A DNA stretch of 64,000 nt from an uncultured Planctomycetota bacterium. Its GTDB lineage: Bacteria > Planctomycetota > Planctomycetia > Isosphaerales > Isosphaeraceae. The stretch is taken from the NCBI GenBank assembly GCA_963823665.1, contig CAWGMQ010000004.1, positions 992,001 to 1,056,000 of the forward strand, written 5' to 3'. Positions 32,852 to 41,602 of the stretch are shown here, piece after piece. A program made the translations under genes and the position numbers. The first letter of the stretch is position 1; each line of letters starts with the position of its first letter. The notes under the pieces are model-generated. The model was not told the origin of the DNA and did not search any database. It worked only from the letters and a program-made list of their open reading frames with translations.

Positions 32852-33236
32852 TCTCGTTCGGCGCACTGAACGCGCAGCGGAAAAAACCAGATTTGCTCGC
32901 GATTCACTTGCGTGTGAATTTTGGTATGTTAGCCTAAATGGGGCGACTCGGAAGAGTCATCTCGCAATGTCGACCCTTGAGAGCGAATTCACAGCCGGGG
33001 TCCGCGCGCCCTCAACTCCAAAGCTGTAACACTCGTTGCGGAATAGAAAACGTCACCAGGAATCCGGATTTTGCCGGGACGAGCGCTCATGGCATACCCA
33101 ATTGCTGTGGGCTAGCACCGTGGCCGCTGAAGATGGATCGAGCCCGGATCATTGGAGGGTCGTGTAGCAAAGCAAGAAAAGCGGCACCGCCTCTCCCCGG
33201 GAAGATCGATCTCCATCGCCACCAAGAGGTGCTGCC

Positions 33237-33686
33237 GTGCCACTGCGGAGAATGACGTGGATAGGATGCGGAGTAGTGCCCGTCTTGCTGGCGACGTGTG
33301 CCATTGGAGTGCGCTACTTCCCCAGCCAAGTGGGAACTGGCAACAAGGCCGAAGATCCCGTGGGCGCCTGGAAACTGAGGTGCGTCTCACCGGACGGAAA
33401 GCAACGCGAGTGCGTTGTCACTGTGTACAGGGAAGGATCGGCCCTGAAAGGGGATTACGCCGCAGACGGTGTGACGCGGCCAGCCAAAAACGTGGTTTTC
33501 GACGATGGCGTACTGAGCGTTGACGTCGACGGTAAATTTGCCGGTCAGTCGTACGGGCTCACTTACAAGGGGGTACCACGGGGTGACGCCCTTCAGGGTT
33601 TGGTGCGCTGGTCGTTCGGTTGGGCGTCCGGTTCCTTCGCCTTCGAGGGCGAACGCATCAAGCAAGAGGTCGCCTCAAGCCGATAA
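33237..33686 (+). CDS. Small exported beta-rich hypothetical protein
   Basis: Hydrophobic N-terminus, DPVGAWKL, predicted beta strands. Confidence 0.65.
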   Translation: MPLRRMTWIGCGVVPVLLATCAIGVRYFPSQVGTGNKAEDPVGAWKLRCVSPDGKQRECVVTVYREGSALKGDYAADGVTRPAKNVVFDDGVLSVDVDGKFAGQSYGLTYKGVPRGDALQGLVRWSFGWASGSFAFEGERIKQEVASSR

Positions 33687-34026
33687 CGATCCCCATGGTC
33701 CCCGGCGCCAGTATTACCAGCACTTCGAGAAACGTAAAGACAAGAAACCATGAGAACATGGGATCCATCCGGAGAACGGAGAAGGCCTGAGCCGCACGGG
33801 GAGATTATTGCGACCCGGAATAGACCGGGCGTCTTGACAGCCGTTTCACACGCGTGGGAATTTATACTGTGACTGGTGGCACAGTGCGGACCGGGAACAA
33901 ACCCTGACCGAGCCAATCTGGCGGAGAATTTTTTCCAGCGCGGCCTGAATCGCCGACCGACCAGGTCGAGCGACCCGGAGGCTACGCTGTTGACCTCGCC
34001 ATCCTTGCCTCCAGTCGCGTGGGAAG

Positions 34027-34183
34027 CAAGACACCCACACTTTCGTCGGCAACCAAAGATGAAACCGTACGGGGAGAGGAGCAGCCGGACACCCGGTCTC
34101 TCCGAGTGATCCATCCATGACGGCCTCAAACTCGCCAAATCGCTGGGTGTCTTGAGTCCCCGCCAAATCGCTGGGTGTCTTGA
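34027..34183. mobile_element. MITE/REP-like element copy 2 with duplicated right end
   Basis: Same TIRs (34027-34037, 34144-34154); CGCCAAATCGCTGGGTGTCTTGA occurs at both 34133 and 34161. Confidence 0.7.
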
Positions 34184-34385
34184 ATCTCTGGTTCTTTCCG
34201 GAACTTGATTCGTGCGGATCACTCACGATGCACCCTGGCGGACCTCGCCTCAGGCTGCTGAAGATTTCAAGGTCTCACCACTGGCCTCCACGTCAGGGAT
34301 TCGTGAGACTGGCTCTTGGAGACAACGGGCCGTTAGGGCGAGAAGCGTCACGACTACACACCACCTGAGCGCCCTAGAGAACCCG

Positions 34386-35594
34386 ATGCAGCAAGTCGTC
34401 ATCGCCAAGCCGTATCAGTTCGCTCCGCCACATCATGGCACGTTTTGGCCGTGGGTCTTGCAAAAATGGCTGCCGGGTCACACTCGCCGCAAGTGGGGTA
34501 TCGAGGGACTGGAATTTCACGGCCTGGAGCGTCTCCAGGCGTCGCTGAAGGCCGGGCATGGCGTGATCCTGGCTCCGAACCATTGCCGGCCTTGTGACGC
34601 GTTCATTCTCTCGTTGCTCGGGGCCGAGCTGCGCCAGCCCTTTTATATCATGGCGAGCGCTCATTTATTCATGAAAACTCGCATTCAGCGTTGGCTCCTC
34701 TGCCGCGTGGGGGCCTTCAGTGTCTTTCGAGAAGGCCTGGATCGCGAAGCCCTCAAAACCGCGTCACAAATCTTGGTGGATGCTCGCAGGCCGCTGGTGA
34801 TATTTCCTGAGGGCGTGATCACTCGGGGGAACGACCGTCTGGGGTATGTCATGGACGGAGTCGCGTTCATCGCCCGGTCTGCGGCCAAGACCCGGGCCAA
34901 GGCGGAGCCAGCCGGTCAGGTCGTGATCCATCCGATCGCCTTGCGATATACCTTCGGCGGGGACCTACGACAGTCGATCGAACCGATTCTCGACATGATC
35001 GAAAAGCGCCTGGGCTGGAGGCCCCATTTCGGAACCAGCTTGGTCGAGCGGGTGCGCCGGCTCGGCGAAGCCCTTCTGACCGTGAAGGAAGTCGAGTACT
35101 TCGGCGCCGCGCAGATTGGATCGCGGGCCGAGCGGCTGCCTCTGCTGATTGACCAAGTGCTGGGCCCGCTCGAGAAGCAATACCTCTCCGGACAGCGCGA
35201 GGCGACAACCGTGGCGCGGATGAAGAAGCTGCGAGTGGCCATTCTGCCCGCATTGATCGAAGGGAAATGCACCGCCCTGGAACAAGCCACCCGATGGCGA
35301 CATCTGGCGGACTGCACGTTCGCCCAGGCGCTCGAATCTTATCCGCGTGGATATATCGATGGCGAGCCGACCACCGAGCGTCTTCTGGAAACCTTGGAAC
35401 GGTTCGAGGAAGACACCACGGACACGAGCCGGGTCCACCGTCCGATGCATTGCCGCATGGACATTGGCGAAGCCTTGCCCGTTACGACCGAGCGGCCGCG
35501 TGGTGAGGCCGACCCGCTCACTGTCCAACTCGAAGAGCGGTTGAAGACAATGCTGGCTGAGTCGGCCCATCTTTGTCACGCCTGGAAGGATTGA
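34386..35594 (+). CDS. Lysophospholipid acyltransferase family (PlsC-like)
   Basis: NHCRPCD (HX4D), GAFSVFREG and IFPEG motifs. Confidence 0.9.
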   Translation: MQQVVIAKPYQFAPPHHGTFWPWVLQKWLPGHTRRKWGIEGLEFHGLERLQASLKAGHGVILAPNHCRPCDAFILSLLGAELRQPFYIMASAHLFMKTRIQRWLLCRVGAFSVFREGLDREALKTASQILVDARRPLVIFPEGVITRGNDRLGYVMDGVAFIARSAAKTRAKAEPAGQVVIHPIALRYTFGGDLRQSIEPILDMIEKRLGWRPHFGTSLVERVRRLGEALLTVKEVEYFGAAQIGSRAERLPLLIDQVLGPLEKQYLSGQREATTVARMKKLRVAILPALIEGKCTALEQATRWRHLADCTFAQALESYPRGYIDGEPTTERLLETLERFEEDTTDTSRVHRPMHCRMDIGEALPVTTERPRGEADPLTVQLEERLKTMLAESAHLCHAWKD

Positions 35595-35731
35595 ATCATG
35601 GCCGACTATTTGAGCGTCAAACCATGTGTTCTGGTCACATCGCGCCTCTGGCGTGATAACTGATCGGTTGGCGCGAAATGCACCTTGGCGGGATCGTGAC
35701 GGATACAAACCCCTTCCACCTCTGATGTACG

Positions 35732-36918
35732 CTAAGCCTCATTGTCTTCGGCGCACCTCTGGCCATCGGAGAATTGGGGGAAGGAAAACTTATAGACTCG
35801 TCCGGTATGGTCTCCCACTACAAGAACTGCATCATCGGATGAGAGGGCCATGCCGCGAAAATCACGGTTTCCATACAACCTGGCCAAGACTGACCCGTCA
35901 CGTAAGTTCCAGACTCGTAACGGGCTAAATTGCGAGGCAAACAAGGCGTTGTCACCCTCCGATGTGACACAAACACCAGTAACCATTGCGCCGGACCACT
36001 TGTGGGTGTGTGAACGTTGACCAGTGCTCAGGTCGACGACTACAAGGGTACGATCCTTTTGTGACCCGGAAATGGCCCTGTCTCCCTGGGGCGTCAGAAC
36101 TAATGGAAGTGCATTCCAATCATACTGTGGTGAAGCCGCCAGGCACTGGCCAGTGGTCAAATCCCAGATACGGAACCCGTCCGACGCCGAGGAGATCGCT
36201 CGATCTCCTGAGGGCACCATCGCTAACCCCCATACCCAGCCGAGTTCCAGCGCAAGCGGCAGCCCCCCGAGCATATGGCAGATGGCCAGGGCGTAGTGTT
36301 GCTCCGGGTGGGCCGGAGCAAGCGTGGGCCGCCGGCTATCGTATCGGAGCAATAGACGCAAGGCAGCGTCCTCGGGGAGGACCGTGACTTCGATTGATGG
36401 AGACCGGCCGAGCTCGCGTTGGCGAGTGGTGAAGAGGATTGGACATGGGAGGTTCAAGATAACGAAGCCGGGGGCAATTTCCCGATTCAACTTCGATGGG
36501 TCGTCCAAATTGTCGAGGATCAGAAGGGCGTCGGGTTTCCGCTTCATCTCCTCGATCGCGACACGGACATCCTTGGCCGGGTTTTCGCTCGATCGTGTCC
36601 GACCCCGTAACCGCACCGAGTCTTGCGAAGCTTAGCTCAAGTTCCTCGGCGGCGTTGACCCAGAAGACCCCACCGGGGTAGTCCTTTCGATACCGATATG
36701 CATATTCGACCGCCAATTGAGTCTTGCCGATGCCCCCCATGCCGGTGAGGCCTATGGGCCGGATGCCCGCGGGCTCTCGCCTCTTGAGAGTGGCGTGGAG
36801 TGATTCGAGCTCGTCGGAGCGGCCGACGAAGTCGAGGTTCCTGAGGAATGGCACGAAGAAAGGTGCCTGGCCCGCCGAGGTGTGACGTCCTGTCCCCGAC
36901 GGGCCTATCGAAAACTTT
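35732..36918 (-). pseudogene. NB-ARC (STAND) NTPase fused to residual WD40 repeats; frameshift near 36630 and internal deletion near 36240
   Basis: FVGRSDEL, GMGGIGKTQLAVEYAY, LLILDNLD, LFTTR and LGGLPLALEL, immediately followed by WD40-like repeats (RAISSASDGFRIWDL). Confidence 0.85.
36869..36918 (-). promoter_or_regulatory. Candidate -1 ribosomal frameshift cassette
   Basis: mRNA GAA-AGU-UUU-CGA-UAG; a 12-bp stem GGCCCGUCGGGG/CCUCGGCGGGCC begins 5 nt after UUUU; the -1 frame is open into NB-ARC. Confidence 0.55.
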
Positions 36919-37565
36919 CGAGGGCCCTCCGGACTGCGTCGAGTCCCGGGCCAGTTGCACTCTCCACCCAGCGGATGAGCTCGGCGACGTGTTCGGGGAC
37001 TGTGCCGTGGCGACTCACGTGAGACGCCGACCCTGGAATCGCGGTGACGAGTCGGGCCATGTCGGTGGGGTCGAACTGCTCCAAGGTTCGCACCAGTGAT
37101 GCGCGATCGGAAACGGGTAGCTCCCCGTGGAGGTCGTCGCTGTGCCCGCTGGGTGAATTGCGGGCGGGGGGGAATGCGATGCCTCAGACCCCAGACGCTT
37201 TACAGCCTCTCGAATCCCCTTGCGACGTCCGCGAATGCCTCGTCGCGGTTGGACCAAGTCGTCACCGCCTTACCGTCCTTCGGTAGGGCTTGGAGCTTCC
37301 CGAATGGTGCCTCTTGCCAAGCGTCAACAGGGCGCAGTATCACCGGGATGACGCGCGCCTCGCCCGCGTCGTTACGCTCAATGGCACGCTTCATTTCGAG
37401 GTCGTAGCAGTAGTCCGAGGCCACGAAGTCAGGGCTGACAAGCAGCAGGATCACTTCTGCCGAGTTGAGATGTTGGTCGATCTGCCCCGCCCACTCGGTC
37501 CCCGCCCCGATCATCCTGTCGTGCTACTCACGGATAGCCCCCTGACGCTTCAGTATCGACAGTTG
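36905..37565 (-). pseudogene. TIR domain plus small helical adaptor (effector-associated-domain-like); 5' truncated, one nonsense codon, two frameshifts
   Basis: LSILKRQG..*HDRMIGAGTEW, ILLLVSPDFVASDYCYDLEM, VIPVILRP and ALPKDGK motifs; C-terminal AELIRWVESATGPGL. Confidence 0.8.
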
Positions 37566-37622
37566 CGCTGTTCTGCGCCCAGGAATGCATCGCCAGGTCT
37601 TGGTCCAGAACGAAAAGCGAAA

Positions 37623-38468
37623 CTATCCGAAGTAGCTGCGCAAGCTGGGCACTGGCTCATTGCCGATCAGGTTAGGTCGCCGAGAACCAAGGCGGATAAG
37701 CTCGGCGACTGATCTCCCTACCCCGTCTATGCCGGGAAACAGAGCGTTCGCGGCAATATTCATCGAGCGGAGTCGCCGAAGAAAATCACTCTTGAACATT
37801 TGTGGTATTATTATTTTTTGGTAATTTACAAATTTCGATTTTTTTTGCTTTGAGAAAAGACCTGAGATGACTTCGCCGTGGTCGCTGAGTGGATCGCGAC
37901 AGATGGTAAAGCATCCTTGTTGAGCCACCATGCGATCGGTGTTGAAACCACGTCGAAATGCGAAGATCCGCTGGGCCGCTTTGGGCTTCTGCCAGTATTC
38001 ATCCGGAAGTAGATTCGGCTTCGAGTCTCTTGCGAAACGCTGAGCAGAGAGAGAAGCCAGTCGATCAGCATCGCAAATCCAGACGGCACCGTCCTTTTCC
38101 CAGTGATCTTCCACGGCAAAATAGGCCGCCACGTAGGGCGAATCACTCCAATCAAGAAGGCGGGTTGGAACTCGATAGTGCTGCATCAAACTCCAGAGCT
38201 CGATGTCCGAGAGATCAATAAGGTGAGGCGGAAGATATAAGTGAGCCTGAGTCATAAATTCGTTTATAGCTAAAGCCTCTACTTTCAGCATTTCAGAGGA
38301 AGTGTAACCGCCTTGAAGGCGTGACAGGGAAGGCTTTAATTCCCAGCTTTCATCGGCTTGGCCACGGTAGATATACCAGGGAGATGCGGTTGCCTCGATG
38401 CTTGAAAGCTTGTCGAGTCGGTCACGGAATTCGTCCCAGCTACCAACAGTTATCGAGGGCCAAGGCAT
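37623..38468 (-). CDS. FRG domain protein
   Basis: IYRGQ, LMQHYRVPTRLLDWS..PYVAAYFA, RMVAQQG.F and LFPGIDG motifs; visibly more AT-rich than the flanks. Confidence 0.92.
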   Translation of the reverse strand: MPWPSITVGSWDEFRDRLDKLSSIEATASPWYIYRGQADESWELKPSLSRLQGGYTSSEMLKVEALAINEFMTQAHLYLPPHLIDLSDIELWSLMQHYRVPTRLLDWSDSPYVAAYFAVEDHWEKDGAVWICDADRLASLSAQRFARDSKPNLLPDEYWQKPKAAQRIFAFRRGFNTDRMVAQQGCFTICRDPLSDHGEVISGLFSKQKKSKFVNYQKIIIPQMFKSDFLRRLRSMNIAANALFPGIDGVGRSVAELIRLGSRRPNLIGNEPVPSLRSYFG

Positions 38469-38907
38469 AATTCGGAGACTCGACTTAACTTCGGTAAAGG
38501 TAGAAGGCTTCGGTCATGAGAGACCTAAGGATTCAGCGTATAATACCTCCCTCGAAGCGGCAAGTATCCTGAACTTTGGGCGGCGATGTGTCAAACGCGT
38601 GATTGCGGCTGGTTCGCCTCGTCGTGTCCGCGATGCATCTTCCAGCGGGAACTTGAGACCGGAGGCCCGAGGCGTTAGGTTGATGACAGCGGTTCTGAAT
38701 ACGGCCCCAAGCGACTCCGTCCCAGCGGACCCGGCCCGACGGGGCGCATGCCGTACGCGTACGGCTCATCTCGCCGTGCAGAGTTCGCTGAACTTGGTCG
38801 GCAGCCGGGTCGAAATTCCCGGAACCAACATGGCCCGCCTGAAGAAGACTCCGAGTTCGCGCGGTCCGATGTGTCCTGTCGCGACGTCGCCGGAATCAGC
38901 CCGACCA

Positions 38908-39996
38908 ATGACGGGGCACGTCGCGGTCGTCGCCGGCGCCACGCGTGGCGCCGGACGCGGTATCGCGCGTGCCTTGGGCGAAGCAGGTGCGATCGTGTAT
39001 TGCACGGGGCGCAGTGTTCGCGGCAATCTCTCCCCGTACGGGCGACCCGAGACGATCGACGAGACCGCAGCGATCATCAAGCAGAAGGGCGGCACAGCCA
39101 TCGCAGTCCGAGTCGATCACACCGTCGAATCCGAGGTCGAGTCCCTTTTCGCGCGGATCGATCGCGAGCACAATCGAGTGGATGTCCTGGTCAACAGCAT
39201 AGCCGGCGAGGAGCCGATGATGGCTCAGTGGAACTCGTTCTGGAAGGCGAACCTGAAAGACGGTGATGCCATCTTGCGGCAAGCCCTCCTCTCGCACATC
39301 ATCACTGCCAAGCACGCCGCGCCCCTCATGATCCGCCGTCGCCGTGGCCTGATCGTCGAGGTGACCGAGAACGACATCCTCATGGCGGGGGGGAACCCTC
39401 TGTCGCAGAGCGTGAAGCTCGCGATCAAGGGGCTCGCCCTCAACATGGCGGCCGAACTGAAGCCGCACGGAGTGGCGGCGATCGCGATCACGCCGGGCTT
39501 CCTGCGCTCGGAGGCAATGCTCGAAGGACTCAGGGTCTCCGAAGCCAATTGGCGTGATGCCGGCCATCAGGACAAGAACTTCCTGGAATCGGAATCGCCG
39601 CTGTTCGTGGGTCGGGCCGTCGCCGCCCTGGCACAGGACGGCCGCGTCCTCGAGCGGACCGGTCAACTCTACGGCTCGTGGGAACTGGGACGCGAGTATG
39701 GTTTCACCGACGCCGACGGCCAGCGCCCGGATTGGGGGTCGATCGAGATCGATTTCTCGGGTCACCCTCCGGCCCTACTCGAGTTGATGAGGACAGGCTC
39801 AGAGATCCAGCTTGCATGGCTGAAAGCGCTCGCGAAACGAACGGAGCGGTTTCTGGGACAGCTACCGCAAGCGCGCCGGCGCCGCGCCGACGTACTCGCC
39901 GATGAACGACCGGCAGGATCGCGACGGCCTGTCCAAGGAGCGGCTGCCCCTGCGGCGGCGACTGGAGCGGGTAGTTCTGAGCACGTCGCGCCGTGA
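38908..39996 (+). CDS. SDR family oxidoreductase
   Basis: VVAGATRGAGRGIA, DVLVNS, TPGFLRSE and SESP.FVGRAVAALA motifs; alternative start at 38830. Confidence 0.88.
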   Translation: MTGHVAVVAGATRGAGRGIARALGEAGAIVYCTGRSVRGNLSPYGRPETIDETAAIIKQKGGTAIAVRVDHTVESEVESLFARIDREHNRVDVLVNSIAGEEPMMAQWNSFWKANLKDGDAILRQALLSHIITAKHAAPLMIRRRRGLIVEVTENDILMAGGNPLSQSVKLAIKGLALNMAAELKPHGVAAIAITPGFLRSEAMLEGLRVSEANWRDAGHQDKNFLESESPLFVGRAVAALAQDGRVLERTGQLYGSWELGREYGFTDADGQRPDWGSIEIDFSGHPPALLELMRTGSEIQLAWLKALAKRTERFLGQLPQARRRRADVLADERPAGSRRPVQGAAAPAAATGAGSSEHVAP

Positions 39997-40002
39997 GCTC
40001 TC

Positions 40003-40392
40003 CTACCACAGATAGTCTTCAACAGGTAGTTTGCAACCGAGTTGTTTCGCAAGAAGGAAATAGTGTCTGCTTTTCTCGCGGTCGATCGGCACTCCGTAGT
40101 CCCCGCTACGGTGTAATGCACCCAGGCTGAAGGCCCCCGTATCGTGACCCCAAGATGCGGCAAGCTGCAGCAGTTCCATGCCTTTTCTAACGTCCTGCGA
40201 GACCGCTTCACCACGCAGGTACATCTGGGCCAGATAGGTTGCGGCGGGCGCGTAGTGCTCCTGGACTAGATCCACGAATCCGGTGTACGCTTCGTCAAAC
40301 TTACCGACTGTATATGCGTATGCCGCGTTCTCGAACCGGATTCTTTGTGCCACCTGCTCATCGTCCATATCGATCACCTGGCGAATCGTCAC
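40003..40392 (-). CDS. Sel1-like repeat protein
   Basis: LAQMYLRGEAVSQD..KG...LQLAA and LGALH..G.YGVPID.EK...YF..A repeats. Confidence 0.8.
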   Translation of the reverse strand: MTIRQVIDMDDEQVAQRIRFENAAYAYTVGKFDEAYTGFVDLVQEHYAPAATYLAQMYLRGEAVSQDVRKGMELLQLAASWGHDTGAFSLGALHRSGDYGVPIDREKSRHYFLLAKQLGCKLPVEDYLW

Positions 40393-40443
40393 GTTTCGTC
40401 TTTAGTTCAAGATTTACGTAACCTTTGATCTATGGAAGAGGTA

Positions 40444-40644
40444 TTACAGCTCGCATTCGCGTCCGGATGCGCCGCGATACGGCCTGAGAGCCACTTCCAT
40501 CCCCACATAGGTCGCGACTAGCACGATTAAAGGCCCCGTGTCAGACCACGATCTGACGTGCGGAAGGATGAGGAAGGGAAAGGCCAGTACCACGACTCTG
40601 GCCATGAAGCATCGCATCGTGAAACGCAATCGGGGTTGTCCCAT
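40444..40644 (-). CDS. Small membrane protein with planctomycete-type RFTxRxxM leader
   Basis: MGQPRLRFTMRCFMARVVVLA followed by a second hydrophobic stretch. Confidence 0.45.
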   Translation of the reverse strand: MGQPRLRFTMRCFMARVVVLAFPFLILPHVRSWSDTGPLIVLVATYVGMEVALRPYRGASGRECEL

Positions 40645-40700
40645 GGCCGGGGGCTCCAGGGGTCATCGTGAACGCTTCGACTACAGGTCAGGCGATGCGC

Positions 40701-41312
40701 CTATTTCTGCCTCGTTGTGCCGGTCGCGACGAGCGCGACGAGCCTCGGAGCGATCTGTTGGATCGGGAGCGATTCGCAGACAGCGTCGAGCCGGACGGCG
40801 AAGTCAGCCGTTCCATAGAGGATCGACGTGGACCTATCCTGCACGATCGTATATCCGCCCGCGTCGCGAACCTGTCTCATCCCCTCGACGCCGTCCTTGC
40901 CCATCCCCGGTAGGATCACGGCCAGAGCCCCAGACCCCTGGTCCCGCGCCATGGAACGGAACAGTGCGTTCTTGGGCCAGCGATCGCGGATGGAGACCGG
41001 GTCCCAGCGCTCAAGCCGGAGGCGGCCTTGTCGCACTGTGAGCAAGCATGAAACTCCCGACGCCAGGTAGACCGTGCCTGACTCAGGCACTTGCCCATCC
41101 TCGGCCACGATGACCTGGAGTCGACATTTCAGGTCGAGTCGCGCGGCGAACTGACTGAGATAGTAGTCATGAAAGCCTGGGACTACCAAGATGGGCACGG
41201 GGAACTCGTGCGGGAGCGTGCCCAAGATCTCCTTCAGGCCCTCGATGCCGCCCGACGCCGACACGATTCCTATCAGGCGGGGCGTGCCCGGCTCGCGTGA
41301 TGGCTGGTTCAT
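40701..41312 (-). CDS. cheB: Stand-alone CheB methylesterase-like domain, degenerate active site
   Basis: SASGG..GL, LFRSMA, LPGMGKDGVEG and GGYTIVQD.STS..YG motifs; GAGGGG RBS. Confidence 0.8.
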   Translation of the reverse strand: MNQPSREPGTPRLIGIVSASGGIEGLKEILGTLPHEFPVPILVVPGFHDYYLSQFAARLDLKCRLQVIVAEDGQVPESGTVYLASGVSCLLTVRQGRLRLERWDPVSIRDRWPKNALFRSMARDQGSGALAVILPGMGKDGVEGMRQVRDAGGYTIVQDRSTSILYGTADFAVRLDAVCESLPIQQIAPRLVALVATGTTRQK

Positions 41313-41602
41313 CTCATTCCCCTCGTGCTCCCCTGGGTACTGTAAACCGTCGTTTCTAGTCCAGGCTTTACACTGACAATTCGACGTAAGTCCTTATTCG
41401 AGGTACAAAACTCCATTGATCCGTCGGGCATATTCACCCGTTACATGTCGGGCACTTGTAAGGTGTCCCCTCTGGCGGTTGTCAGACGTTCATTGTTTGG
41501 GCGATCGCCATCCCCGAGGGCCCCAAAATGGCGATTGAAACAAACCCGGGGCAATCGAGGAGAATGGCTTCGGCCGATCCGATCGAAGCGCGGTTCGTCT
41601 GT

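Noticed and set aside
33090..33106. Sigma-54 promoter TGGCATACCCAATTGCT
   Set aside because: GG-GC spacing is 11 rather than the strict 10; valid only if a base is an assembly error.
33834..33868. Sigma-70 promoter TTGACA...TATACT
   Set aside because: The spacer is about 23 nt, far from 16-18.
37623..38690. Integron cassette / attC sites around the FRG gene
   Set aside because: Isolated RYYYAAC and GTTRRRY words occur, but I could not pair them into an attC with proper spacing, and there is no intI.
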